Positions 48,001-60,208 of a stretch of 64,000 bases of DNA are shown in pieces. This DNA is from Ranitomeya imitator (Eukaryota), in NCBI RefSeq assembly GCF_032444005.1, contig NC_091289.1, positions 5,456,001 through 5,520,000 on the forward strand. Reading direction: 5' to 3'. The translations under genes were made by a program, and so were the position numbers. Every line of letters starts with the position of its first letter. Position 1 is the first letter of the stretch. The notes under the pieces are model-generated. The model worked only from the letters and a program-made list of their open reading frames with translations. It was not told the DNA's origin and did not search any database.

Positions 48001-48265
48001 GTGCTGGAGGGTGCCGATAATGCTGGAGGGTGCCGATAGTGCTGGAGGGTGCCGATAATGCTGGAGGGTGCCGATAGTGCTGGAGGGTGCCGATAATGCT
48101 GGAGGATGCCGATAGTGCTGGAGGGTGCCGATAGTGCTGGAGGGTGCCGATAGTGCTGGAGGGTGCCGATAATGCTGGAGGATGCCGATAGTGCTGGAGG
48201 GTGCTGATAGTGCTGGAGGGTGCCGATAGTGCTGGAGGGTGCCGATAGTGCTGGAGGGTGCCGAT
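45055..48265. repeat. 19-bp minisatellite, ~169 copies
   Basis: Unit GCTGGAGGGTGCCGATAGT. Confidence 0.96.
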
Positions 48266-48504
48266 CTCTACATTTCTCTGCACCCATCGCCTCTTCTAGG
48301 AGGTTCCACCTTTTCCACAAAGTGTTTTGTTGCTCCACAATAGGAGCTGTTGGTGTTAGAGATACGTATGTTCTGCAATATATGGACTACGGATGTCGCA
48401 GATGTGACAATGCAGACGTGTGAGACAATGTAGCAATTACTAAGAGAAGTGATATTGTGCTTTGATGTGAGTGATACACGACTTCACATCATACACAGAG
48501 AGCG

Positions 48505-48912
48505 ACCACTGGAGAAGGACCACAGGAGAAGGACCACAGGAGAAGGACCACAGGAGAAGGACCACTGGAGAAGGACCACTGGAGAAGGACCACAGGAGAA
48601 GGACCACTGGAGAAGGACCACAGGAGAAGGACCACTGGAGAAGGACCACAGGAGAAGGACCACTGGAGAAGGACCACAGGAGAAGGACCACAGGAGAAGG
48701 ACCACTGGAGAAGGACCACAGGAGAAGGACCACAGGAGAAGGACCACAGGAAAAGGACCACTGGAGAAGGACCTCAGGAGAAGGACCACAGGAGAAGGAC
48801 CACTGGAGAAGGACCACTGGAGAAGGACCACAGGAGAAGGACCACTGGAGAAGGACCACTGGAGAAGGACCACTGGAGAAGGACCGCTGGAGAAGGACCG
48901 CTGGAGAAGGAC
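48505..48912. repeat. 14-bp minisatellite, ~28 copies
   Basis: Unit GGAGAAGGACCACW. Confidence 0.93.
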
Positions 48913-49302
48913 CACCCGAGGGCTTAATACAAGTCAACCAGCATCATGGTGGAGACCCCGGTGACCTCTCTAGGGTTGGACAAGATCCATCTTCCTACAG
49001 ATCGTTCATCCATCAAGTCTCCACAGCTCAAGATCCAGCCATCAGCTATTGGAAAGGGGAAAAAAATCTCAATTGAAAGACAAAATAAATTAATAATAAC
49101 ATTAAAAAAAGGATTTGGACACAATAACGTCCTGCGTCCAATTCAACATGAAACATTTGGGGAAGGATCTTCTTTTAGATGTAAAATGCTCCTGAATAGT
49201 TTTTTCTTTCACGGTTATGGAGCTGGCAGATTTCCCTCAGGTGCTGCCCATCCCCTCCACCGTCAGGTCACAGTCCTGGATCGTCCCCAGGTCCTCCCCA
49301 CA

Positions 49303-49308
49303 TATAAA
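49303..49308 (+). promoter_or_regulatory. TATA box of the F-type lectin gene
   Basis: TATAAA ~40 nt before a strong Kozak gaccATGG. Confidence 0.7.
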
Positions 49309-49346
49309 GCCCAAAGATAGTGGAGTGTGGACAGAAGCGTCTGACC

Positions 49347-49413
49347 ATGGGCCGAGCGCCGCTCTGTGCGGTCCTGGTGCTGCTCTGTGTCTGGGGACTG
49401 TGGCCTGAAAGTG
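49347..49413 (+). CDS. Lectin exon 1, signal peptide
   Basis: MGRAPLCAVLVLLCVWGLWPES, donor G|GTGAGT, phase 1; link to the downstream exons is inferred. Confidence 0.75.
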
Positions 49414-52400
49414 GTGAGTACAGAGGAAAGATAGGAAGAAAGGACAACATACAGATACAAAGACATGGAGGGTGTATAGCACAGATACAAGAGAGATAGG
49501 AAGAAAGAACAAAATACAGATACAAAGACATGGAGGGTGTATAACACAGATACAAGATAGATAGGAAGAACAAAATACAGATACAAAGACATGGAGGGTG
49601 TATAACACAGGTACAAGAGAGATAGGAAGAAAGAACAAAATACAGATACAAAGACATGGAGGGTGTATAGCACAGATACAAGAGAGATAGGAAGAACAAA
49701 ATACAGATACAAAGACATGGAGGGTGTATAACACAGATACAAGATAGGAAGAAAGGACAAAATACAGATACAAAGACATGGAGGGTGTATAACACAGATA
49801 CAAGAGAGATAGGAAGAAAGGACAAAATACAGATACAAAGACATGGAGGGTGTATAGCACAGATACAAGAGAGATAGGAAGAAAGGACAAAATACAGATA
49901 CAAAGACATGGAGGGTGTATAACACAGGTACAAGAGAGATAGGAAGAAAGGACAAAATACAGATACAAAGACATGGAGGGTGTATAGCACAGGTACAAGA
50001 GAGATAGGAAGAAAGGACAAAATACAGATACAAAGACATGGAGGGTGTATAACACAGGTACAAGAGAGATAGGAAGAAAGGACAAAATACAGATACAAAG
50101 ACATGGAGGGTGTATAGCACAGGTACAAGAGAGATAGGAAGAAAGGACAAAATACAGATACAAAGACATGGAGGGTGTATAGCACAGGTACAAGATAGAT
50201 AGGAAGAAAGGACAAAATACAGATACAAAGACATGGAGGGTGTATAACACAGATACAAGATAGGAAGAAAGGACAAAATACAGATACAAAGACATGGAGG
50301 GTGTATAACACAGATACAAGAGAGATAGGAAGAAAGGACAAAATACAGATACAAAGACATGGAGGGTGTATAGCACAGGTACAAGAGAGATAGGAAGAAA
50401 GGACAAAATACAGATACAAAGACATGGAGGGTGTATAACACAGGTACAAGAGAGATAGGAAGAAAGGACAAAATACAGATACAAAGACATGGAGGGTGTA
50501 TAGCACAGGTACAAGAGAGATAGGAAGAAAGGACAAAATACAGATACAAAGACATGGAGGGTGTATAACACAGGTACAAGAGAGATAGGAAGAAAGGACA
50601 AAATACAGATACAAAGACATGGAGGGTGTATAACACAGGTACAAGAGAGATAGGAAGAAAGGACAAAATACAGATACAGAGACATGGAGGGTGTATAACA
50701 CAGGTACAAGATAGATAGGAAGAAAGGACAAAATACAGATACAAAGACATGGAGGGTGTATAACACAGGTACAAGAAGGGGCGGCGGACAAGGCCGGACC
50801 ACCGTCACCACATTATTCTAGGCCGCCTTGTATTGTTTTTAGGCCTCAGTAGTGATTGTTGTAAAGTTTGTATCTGCTGCCGGGAAACACTTTATTCTAA
50901 TGATGACCTGGAGATGAGATTTGGAATATCGCAGCAAGAAAAGCGGAAAAAATGATGAAATAGAACGAAAGAGACTAGAAATACAAGATAGAGGAATAAA
51001 TGGAGGGATACATCGATAATAGATGATAAAACAGATGATTCTTTCATCGGCTCCCTTTAATATGGGAAGTATTGGCACCTTGTTCCATCATATTTGTCCT
51101 GGAAGTTATGTCTGATTTTGTTGGTGGTCTGGGGGTCTGTGGACCTGCAGATTTGCCCTCACATTTATCTTGGATTTGTGCTGCTCCATTNNNNNNNNNN
51201 NNNNNNNNNNNNNNNNNNNNNNNNNNNNNNNNNNNNNNNNNNNNNNNNNNNNNNNNNNNNNNNNNNNNNNNNNNNNNNNNNNNNNNNNNNNNNNNNNNNN
51301 NNNNNNNNNNNNNNNNNNNNNNNNNNNNNNNNNNNNNNNNNNNNNNNNNNNNNNNNNNNNNNNNNNNNNNNNNNNNNNNNNNNNNNNNNNNNNNNNNNNN
51401 NNNNNNNNNNNNNNNNNNNNNNNNNNNNNNNNNNNNNNNNNNNNNNNNNNNNNNNNNNNNNNNNNNNNNNNNNNNNNNNNNNNNNNNNNNNNNNNNNNNN
51501 NNNNNNNNNNNNNNNNNNNNNNNNNNNNNNNNNNNNNNNNNNNNNNNNNNNNNNNNNNNNNNNNNNNNNNNNNNNNNNNNNNNNNNNNNNNNNNNNNNNN
51601 NNNNNNNNNNNNNNNNNNNNNNNNNNNNNNNNNNNNNNNNNNNNNNNNNNNNNNNNNNNNNNNNNNNNNNNNNNNNNNNNNNNNNNNNNNNNCGTGGTCT
51701 GGGGGTCTGTGGACCTGCAGATTTGCCCTCACATTTATCTTGGATTTGTGCTGCTCCATTNNNNNNNNNNNNNNNNNNNNNNNNNNNNNNNNNNNNNNNN
51801 NNNNNNNNNNNNNNNNNNNNNNNNNNNNNNNNNNNNNNNNNNNNNNNNNNNNNNNNNNNNNNNNNNNNNNNNNNNNNNNNNNNNNNNNNNNNNNNNNNNN
51901 NNNNNNNNNNNNNNNNNNNNNNNNNNNNNNNNNNNNNNNNNNNNNNNNNNNNNNNNNNNNNNNNNNNNNNNNNNNNNNNNNNNNNNNNNNNNNNNNNNNN
52001 NNNNNNNNNNNNNNNNNNNNNNNNNNNNNNNNNNNNNNNNNNNNNNNNNNNNNNNNNNNNNNNNNNNNNNNNNNNNNNNNNNNNNNNNNNNNNNNNNNNN
52101 NNNNNNNNNNNNNNNNNNNNNNNNNNNNNNNNNNNNNNNNNNNNNNNNNNNNNNNNNNNNNNNNNNNNNNNNNNNNNNNNNNNNNNNNNNNNNNNNNNNN
52201 NNNNNNNNNNNNNNNNNNNNNNNNNNNNNNNNNNNNNNNNNNNNNNNNNNNNNNNNNNNNNNNNNNNNNNNNNNNNNNNNNNNNNNNNNNNNNNNNNNNN
52301 NNNNNNNNNNNNNNNNNNNNNNNNNNNNNNNNNNNNNNNNNNNNNNNNNNNNNNNNNNNNNNNNNNNNNNNNNNNNNNNNNNNNNNNNNNNNNNNNNNNN

Positions 52401-55400
52401 NNNNNNNNNNNNNNNNNNNNNNNNNNNNNNNNNNNNNNNNNNNNNNNNNNNNNNNNNNNNNNNNNNNNNNNNNNNNNNNNNNNNNNNNNNNNNNNNNNNN
52501 NNNNNNNNNNNNNNNNNNNNNNNNNNNNNNNNNNNNNNNNNNNNNNNNNNNNNNNNNNNNNNNNNNNNNNNNNNNNNNNNNNNNNNNNNNNNNNNNNNNN
52601 NNNNNNNNNNNNNNNNNNAATAGCAGCACTGTGTGAGTAGATGGCTTTGAGCCGTCAGACACCAACCTTGTGTCCAGATGAAAAAAAATCAAATTCTCAT
52701 GACTCTAAACATATGAAGAAGATGCGACCATCAGGGGCGACATTCTAGGGTAAGTTCACACAGGACTTTTTTGCTGCGCTTTTTTATGCTAATTTTCAGC
52801 TGCTTTTTACAGTACCAGTAAAGCCTATGAGATTTCAGAAATCTCCCGCACACATTGGTTTTTGTGTGATCAGTATTTTGTGCTTTGCTGCGTTTTTTTT
52901 GGACATAGAGCATGTCACTTCTTTCAACGTTTTTGCTGCGTTTTTTCACCCATTGACTTGAATGGGTGTTGAAAAAAACGCAGCAAAAATGCAGCAAAAA
53001 CGCAGGTGTCATTATTTGCTGCATTTTTGCTGCTGAAAATCCAAGAACATTAGCCTGGAAAAAGAGAAAAAAAACGCACCAAATACGCAACAAAAAAAAG
53101 CACCATAAAACACACCTATAAGCAGCTGAAAATTTGAAAATTAGCATAAAAAAGCAGCAAAAATACGCAGCAAAAAAGTCCTGTGTGAACTTACCCTTAG
53201 TTCTGCCCCTGCAGCGTTTTATCCGTGCAGTGAAGCGCAGTATGGAGCAGGGTCATTCAGGGCAGTAGGATAAAGCGACACTAATGTTCTATGAGCGATC
53301 CCTTCTACATTAGCGAAATTAGGATTATTTAGTCTAGAAAAAAGACGACTGAGGGGCGATCTAATAACCATGTATAAGTATATAAGGGGACAATACAAAT
53401 ATCTCGCTGAGGATCTGTTTATACCAAGGAAGGTGACGGGCACAAGGGGGAATTCTTTGCGTCTGGAGGAGAGAAGGTTTTTCCACCAACATAGAAGAGG
53501 ATTCTTTACTGTTAGGGCAGTGAGAATCTGGAATTGCTTGCCTGAGGAGGTGGTGATGGCGAACTCAGTCGAGGGGTTCAAGAGAGGCCTGGATGTCTTC
53601 CTGGAGCAGAACAATATTGTATCATACAATTATTAGGTTCTGTAGAAGGACGTAGATCTGGGGATTTATTATGATGGAATATAGGCTGAACTGGATGGAC
53701 AAATGTCTTTTTTCGGCCTTACTAACTATGTTACTATGTTACTATGTTACATGTTCTGTAATGCTCTCACCTCTCATAGACCAGAACATGAGGTGTTAAT
53801 AATGAGAGCGCAGAATGCAAACAACTATGTCCATGAACGGCCACTAGAGGGAGACTGCAAAGTGCGCAGCACCTAGATGTACACAGGACAGAAGATAGGA
53901 ATATACAGGACTGGCCGTCTGGTAATTCTGGCAAATGCCTGTCTGGTCATGGGCCGCCTCGTCTGCTACATTGTTAGCAGAATCCGTGTTCTCAGGACCC
54001 CCACACTGTTAGGAGTTGTGATGGAACACAAAGTCGCTGACTCCGTCACTTACCCCAGCAGCCACGGGGATCATTAGAAATATTGGTCTTGTAGTAAATC
54101 TTCTTTCCTCCATCCAGGGTAATATTAGTGATAGATCCCATCTGGTTCATGGGGACGGGGACAACATGGACCTGTGTGATTTCAAATGCCAGAGCTGAAT
54201 TTCAGCCCCAGTCCATACCTGAACATATATATATATACACAGTATACTGATTTACCTGTCCCAGGTACAGATATATAAAAAACTAAATCTTTTTACTATT
54301 GCGACGCTCATTTTAATAGTGGGGCCAGCCCCCTCCACACAGCGGTGGTCAGATGATGGCACGGACACGTGTGACCCCAAAGAGGAGCTGCCGGATACCG
54401 AAATCGGTGCTGATAACCGGGAATCGGGCCACGTCTGATAACTGAAATATATTACTAATATTCACTCATTTAAAGATAATTTTCTCATCCTGACATCCCC
54501 TTTAATAACGACTTACATGCCGCCGCTTAGCAGTCTCTGTTCCTCTCTTCTGGCGCATTAGGAAGGGAAGAAAGATGGATGACATTATCTTAACGAAACA
54601 TTTTTTTCTTAACAGGTGCGCTGAGTGCTTCAGTGAAAGGAAGTGACGCCCGACCAGGTGAGGACATCGTGTGTAACCGCTCGTGGCCAGAATCAGAAAG
54701 TTCCATATGTCAGGAGACTTGTGGTGGTGAAGCAGAGCTCCATGTCGTAGCAGAGCTCCATGACATAGCAGAGCTCCATGACGTAGCAGAGCTCCATGTC
54801 GTAGCAGAGCTCCATGTCGTAGCAGAGCTCCATGACGTAGCAGAGCTCCATGACATAGCCGAGCTCCATGTCGTAGCAGAGCTCCATGACGTAGCAGAGC
54901 TCCATGACGTAGCAGAGCTCCATGTCGTAGCAGAGCTCCATGTCGTAGCAGAGCTCCATGTCGTAGCAGAGCTCCATGACGTAGCAGAGCTCCATGACAT
55001 AGCCGAGCTCCATGTCGTAGCAGAGCTCCATGACATAGCCGAGCTCCATGACGTAGCAGAGCTCCATGTCGTAGCAGAGCTCCATGACGTAGCAGAGCTC
55101 CATGACGTAGCAGAGCTCCATGACGTAGCCGGGCTCCTTGACGTAGCAGAGCTCCATGACGTAGCAGAGCTCCATGACGTAGCCGAGCTCCATGACGTAG
55201 CAGAGCTCCATGACGTAGCCGAGCTCCATGACGTAGCAGAGCTCCATGACGTAGCCGAGCTCCATGACGTAGCCGAGCTCCATGACGTAGCAGAGCTCCA
55301 TGACGTAGCAGAGCTCCATGACGTAGCCGAGCTCCATGACGTAGCCGGGCTCCTTGACGTAGCAGAGCTCCATGACGTAGCAGAGCTCCATGACGTAGCC

Positions 55401-58400
55401 GAGCTCCATGACGTAGCAGAGCTCCATGTCGTAGCCGAGCTCCATGACGTAGCAGAGCTCCATGACGTAGCCAAGCTCCATGACGTAGCAGAGCTCCATG
55501 ACGTAGCCGAGCTCCATGACGTAGCAGAGCTCCATGTCGTAGCAGAGCTCCATGACGTAGCAGAGCTCCATGACGTAGCAGAGCTCCATGACTTAGCAGA
55601 GCTCCATGACGTAGCCGAGCTCCATGACGTAGCAGAGCTCCATGTCGTAGCAGAGCTCCATGACGTAGCCGAGCTCCATGACGTAGCCGAGCTCCATGAC
55701 GTAGCCGAGCTCCATGACGTAGCAGAGCTCCATTTTGTAGCAGAGCTCCATGTCATAGCAGAGCTCCATAACATAGCAGAGCTCCATGTCGTAGCAGAGC
55801 TCCATGACATAGCAGAGCTCCATGACGTAGCAGAGCTCCATGTCGTAGCAGAGCTCCATGTCGTAGCAGAGCTCCATGACGTAGCAGAGCTCCATGACAT
55901 AGCCGAGCTCCATGTCGTAGCAGAGCTCCATGACGTAGCAGAGCTCCATGACGTAGCAGAGCTCCATGTCGTAGCAGAGCTCCATGTCGTAGCAGAGCTC
56001 CATGTCGTAGCAGAGCTCCATGACGTAGCAGAGCTCCATGACATAGCCGAGCTCCATGTCGTAGCAGAGCTCCATGACATAGCCGAGCTCCATGACGTAG
56101 CAGAGCTCCATGTCGTAGCAGAGCTCCATGACGTAGCAGAGCTCCATGACGTAGCAGAGCTCCATGACGTAGCCGGGCTCCTTGACGTAGCAGAGCTCCA
56201 TGACGTAGCAGAGCTCCATGACGTAGCCGAGCTCCATGACGTAGCAGAGCTCCATGACGTAGCCGAGCTCCATGACGTAGCAGAGCTCCATGACGTAGCC
56301 GAGCTCCATGACGTAGCCGAGCTCCATGACGTAGCAGAGCTCCATGACGTAGCAGAGCTCCATGACGTAGCCGAGCTCCATGACGTAGCCGGGCTCCTTG
56401 ACGTAGCAGAGCTCCATGACGTAGCAGAGCTCCATGACGTAGCCGAGCTCCATGACGTAGCAGAGCTCCATGTCGTAGCCGAGCTCCATGACGTAGCAGA
56501 GCTCCATGACGTAGCCAAGCTCCATGACGTAGCAGAGCTCCATGACGTAGCCGAGCTCCATGACGTAGCAGAGCTCCATGTCGTAGCAGAGCTCCATGAC
56601 GTAGCAGAGCTCCATGACGTAGCAGAGCTCCATGACTTAGCAGAGCTCCATGACGTAGCCGAGCTCCATGACGTAGCAGAGCTCCATGTCGTAGCAGAGC
56701 TCCATGACGTAGCCGAGCTCCATGACGTAGCCGAGCTCCATGACGTAGCCGAGCTCCATGACGTAGCAGAGCTCCATTTTGTAGCAGAGCTCCATGTCAT
56801 AGCAGAGCTCCATAACATAGCAGAGCTCCATGTCGTAGCAGAGCTCCATGACATAGCAGAGCTCCATGTCGTAGCAGAGCTCCATAATATAGCAGAGCTC
56901 CATGACGTAGCCGAGCTCCATGACGTAGCAGATCTCCATGACGTAGCAGAGCTCCATGACGTAGCAGAGCTCCATGATGTAGCAGAGCTCCATGTCAAAG
57001 CAGAGCTCCATGTCGTAGCAGAGCTTCATGACGTAGCCGAGCTCCATGACGTAGCAGAGCTCCATGACGTAGCAGAGCTCCATGATGTAGCAGAGCTCCA
57101 TGTCAAAGCAGAGCTCCATGTCGTAGCAGAGCTTCATGACGTAGTCGAGCTCCATGACGTAGCAGAGCTCCATGACGTAGCAAAGCTCCATGACGTAGCA
57201 GAGCTCCATGACGTAACAGAGCTCCATGACGTAGCAGAGCTCCATGTCGTAGCAGAGCTCCATGTCATAGCAGAGCTCCATGACGTAGCCAAGCTCCATG
57301 ACGTAGCAGAGCTCCATGACGTAGCCGAGCTCCATGACGTAGCCGAGCTCCATGACGTAGCCGAGCTCCATGACGTAGCAGAGCTCCATGACGTAGCAGA
57401 GCTCCATGACGTAGCAGAGCTCCATGATGTAGCAGAGCTTCATGACGGAGCAGAGCTGGGTTTGTCAAGAGACTCCATTAGTGAATTTTTATTATATATT
57501 CTACTGAACATCTTTTCTTTATAGGTGGGAGAGGTCCGTTAAAAAATAAGAATTACGCTCGACCATGTAAGTATAAAATCTTTATTTCCATCTTTGTCTG
57601 AAGATAATAGTCAGTTATAGCTTTATAATGATACTTTATTTTTACATTTTTCCTTCATGATAGTTAGATGGAACCCGCGAAGAAGTGGATTTAGTGCCCG
57701 AACCGGTGAGGAGATGATGTGATANNNNNNNNNNNNNNNNNNNNNNNNNNNNNNNNNNNNNNNNNNNNNNNNNNNNNNNNNNNNNNNNNNNNNNNNNNNN
57801 NNNNNNNNNNNNNNNNNNNNNNNNNNNNNNNNNNNNNNNNNNNNNNNNNNNNNNNNNNNNNNNNNNNNNNNNNNNNNNNNNNNNNNNNNNNNNNNNNNNN
57901 NNNNNNNNNNNNNNNNNNNNNNNNNNNNNNNNNNNNNNNNNNNNNNNNNNNNNNNNNNNNNNNNNNNNNNNNNNNNNNNNNNNNNNNNNNNNNNNNNNNN
58001 NNNNNNNNNNNNNNNNNNNNNNNNNNNNNNNNNNNNNNNNNNNNNNNNNNNNNNNNNNNNNNNNNNNNNNNNNNNNNNNNNNNNNNNNNNNNNNNNNNNN
58101 NNNNNNNNNNNNNNNNNNNNNNNNNNNNNNNNNNNNNNNNNNNNNNNNNNNNNNNNNNNNNNNNNNNNNNNNNNNNNNNNNNNNNNNNNNNTGGATTGAT
58201 AATTGATAGATAATAGATAGATGATAGATAATTGATAGGTTATAGAGAGATAATATCGATAATAAAGAGATAATAAGTAATAGACAGATAATAGAGACAT
58301 AGACTTGTAATTATATTTACTGATTATCATTTCTCAATAATAGCGATAACTGCTCCCAGAACCCAGGATTACGCCCAGCCCGGTAAGGAGAAGATGTTCC

Positions 58401-60208
58401 TGTCCATCCTCGTCCACTCTTCATCTTACATCAGACCTCTTCTTCTTCTTCGTCTACTTTTAAGTCCCCTCTAAAATGTAAAGTTCTGTGGATTGTGTTG
58501 GCACTATAGAAATAAAAATTATTATTATTATTTACATAATGTTTCTCCTTTTTCATTTACCTCTAATTCTTCTTCTACTTTTGTTTCTTCCATTTCTTCT
58601 TCATCTTCTTAGGTTTCTTCCTTAACTTTAATTTTTTCTTCAACTCTTTGTTTTTTCTTTTTCCTCTACTTACCTTATTCCTTTTTGCGCCTTCATACTA
58701 CTTATGTTTTTTTCTTCTTCGTTGTCATTCACTTACATTTCTCTATTTTTTTCTTCATTCTTCTTTTTTCAGCTTCTTATGTTTCTTCTTCATCTACTTT
58801 TGATTCTTCTTTTTTCCTCTTACGTTTCTTCTTCCTACTACTTACACTTTTTCTTTTTCATCATCGTTCACTTACGTTTCCTCTCCTCCTTCATCTACTT
58901 ACTTTTCTACGTTTTCTCTTACTTCCATTGTTTCTTTTTCTTCGTCATATTACTGTTGATTCTCCTAACAATACACATTTCTCTTCTTCGTCATCACACA
59001 TTTACGTTTTCCTTTCTTCTTCATGTACTTATGTTTCTTCTTCGTTGTCATCTCCTTCTTCTTTTTGGTTTACTCTTTGATACACCTTAGGGGGCTACAT
59101 TAATGAGATTTTGGATTTCTATTTTGCAGCCCCCAATGTTGCCTTGCAGGGGATCGCCACCCAGTCCAGCACAAATTCATATTTCGGATATGCTCAGAAC
59201 GCCAATGACGGATCTTTGGCCGCCAATTATTTACGGTCACAATGTTCTTATACAAAGAGCGAACGTGATCCCTGGTGGATGGTGGATCTCAAAGCTCCTC
59301 ACAAGATCATGTCCGTGGCGGTCACTAACCGGGTCCTGGAATGCTGCAGAGAACGGATTTTTGGTGCTGAGATCAGAATAGGAAATGACCGAAGTAATGG
59401 AGGAAAGCAGAACCCCAGGTGCGATATCCTGCAGGGTATGATTGTGGGTGGAGGCCGGGATATTGCTCGACTGGTAGGGCTCCTGTAACCGATCGGGTCC
59501 TCAAAGTAGGTGCAGGTTTATGTAGCTTCATGTAGAATTCTTCCCATAATACTTTGCAGCTATCACATCACATGCTATGGTACAGCCAATCAGAAGGAAT
59601 TATGAGAGCCTGTAGAAAAGCTGAGGCAGGGAATGCAGCATCCATTGTATGTTGAATCTGGATAGTGAGAGGACGTCACAGGTCAGCAATGGGGATCTGG
59701 AGAGAAAGCCATAAAACGCTGAACAAACTGTGCAGATAGTGAGTGACAGCGCAGCAGCGAAGAAGATGAGGGTGTGAGGAAAAGAGAATGATAGGGAGAG
59801 AGGCAGGGGAGCCAGTGTGAGGCCGGCAGCTGCTGGATCAGAGTGATTATCAATCACACATACACATCTTACTGGTGAATTTTAGGAGGTTCGCTCCTCG
59901 CTATGTTCCACCATTAATGATACTTTCTTCCAGGTGCGGCGTCATCTCATCCATCGAATCTGGAGAAACTCTGTCGTTCTCGTGCCAAGGAATGGTCGGC
60001 CAATATGTGACGGTGACGATTCCGGAGCGGGAGGAGAATCTAGTCCTGTGCGAGGTCCAAGTCTATGGATTACCGGCTGATGGTTCCGGTGAGTTCTACA
60101 TTATAGAAGCGGAGGGTCGGAAACATCAAAATGTCCAGATAGTAACATTCTCAATGTCTTCAGTTCCAGAGGATGCGACGCCCAAGGATCTGAAGACGCC
60201 GAACGGAG
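49347..60208 (+). CDS. Secreted F-type lectin (fucolectin / pentraxin-fusion-protein-like), 5' part; join(49347-49413,54616-54657,57525-57566,58344-58382,59130-59418,59934-60088,60164-60208..)
   Basis: Signal peptide, three micro-exons, complete FTLD (NVALQGIATQSS, DPWWMVDL, TNR..CC.ER, GAEIRIG, C...C..MVGQYVTVTIP, LCEVQVY), then a linker exon ending in phase 1; gaps may hide more exons. Confidence 0.8.
49429..50776. repeat. 65-bp purine-rich minisatellite, ~21 copies (lectin intron 1)
   Basis: GATAGGAAGAAAGGACAAAATACAGATACAAAGACATGGAGGGTGTATAACACAGGTACAAGAGA. Confidence 0.95.
51191..52618. other. Two assembly gaps (51191-51692, 51761-52618) around a 68-bp island
   Basis: Runs of N. Confidence 1.
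52748..53196. mobile_element. PIF/Harbinger-type MITE
   Basis: Perfect 31-bp TIR GGGTAAGTTCACACAGGACTTTTTTGCTGCG; flanks CTA/TTA. Confidence 0.85.
53291..53750 (+). mobile_element. CR1 LINE 3' end
   Basis: LFSLEKRRLRGDLI...FFTVRAVRIWNCLP...FKRGLD; (ACTATGTT)n tail; possible ATGTTCT duplication. Confidence 0.92.
54616..54657 (+). CDS. Lectin micro-exon A
   Basis: tttttttcttaacAG; GALSASVKGSDARP; G|GTGAGG; 42 nt. Confidence 0.7.
54729..57458. repeat. 18-bp minisatellite, ~152 copies
   Basis: Unit GTAGCMGAGCTCCATGWC; reads VAELHD in the exon frame. Confidence 0.96.
57525..57566 (+). CDS. Lectin micro-exon B
   Basis: tcttttctttatAG; GGRGPLKNKNYARP; T|GTAAGT; 42 nt. Confidence 0.65.
57725..58191. 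other. Assembly gap (N)
   Basis: Run of N. Confidence 1.
58344..58382 (+). CDS. Lectin micro-exon C
   Basis: atttctcaataatAG; SITAPRTQDYAQP; G|GTAAGG; 39 nt. Confidence 0.6.
58410..59085. repeat. Pyrimidine-rich (TTC/TTCT) low-complexity tract
   Basis: Strong T/C bias, no stable unit. Confidence 0.8.
59130..59418 (+). CDS. F-type lectin domain, first exon
   Basis: APNVALQGIATQSST...NGGKQNPR; AG|GT phase 2. Confidence 0.93.
59934..60088 (+). CDS. F-type lectin domain, second exon
   Basis: CGVISSIESGETLSFSCQGMVGQYVTVTIPEREENLVLCEVQVYG; donor GTGAGT. Confidence 0.93.
60164..60208 (+). CDS. Inter-domain linker exon
   Basis: VPEDATPKDLKTPNG; 45 nt, phase 1-1. Confidence 0.7.

Noticed and set aside
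45055-48265. Chi-like GCTGGAGG in every unit as a recombination signal
   Set aside because: Common minisatellite core; no evidence that Chi acts in vertebrates
45017-48338. Two ORFs of more than 1000 aa
   Set aside because: The 19-bp unit has no stop on the minus strand in any frame, so open frames are automatic
49237-50811. Three ~500-aa hydrophobic ORFs
   Set aside because: Antisense reading of the purine-rich 65-bp array
51693-51760. 68-bp island repeating 51125-51190
   Set aside because: Both copies end at a gap edge; most likely a scaffolding artefact
51072-52692. ORFs spanning N runs and a signal-peptide-like MSWKLCLILLVV
   Set aside because: Artefacts of the gaps; the start codon is TTG, and a better exon 1 exists at 49347
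54100-54130. Acceptor-like ttcctccatccAG as a further lectin micro-exon
   Set aside because: Phase-1 reading hits TAA immediately
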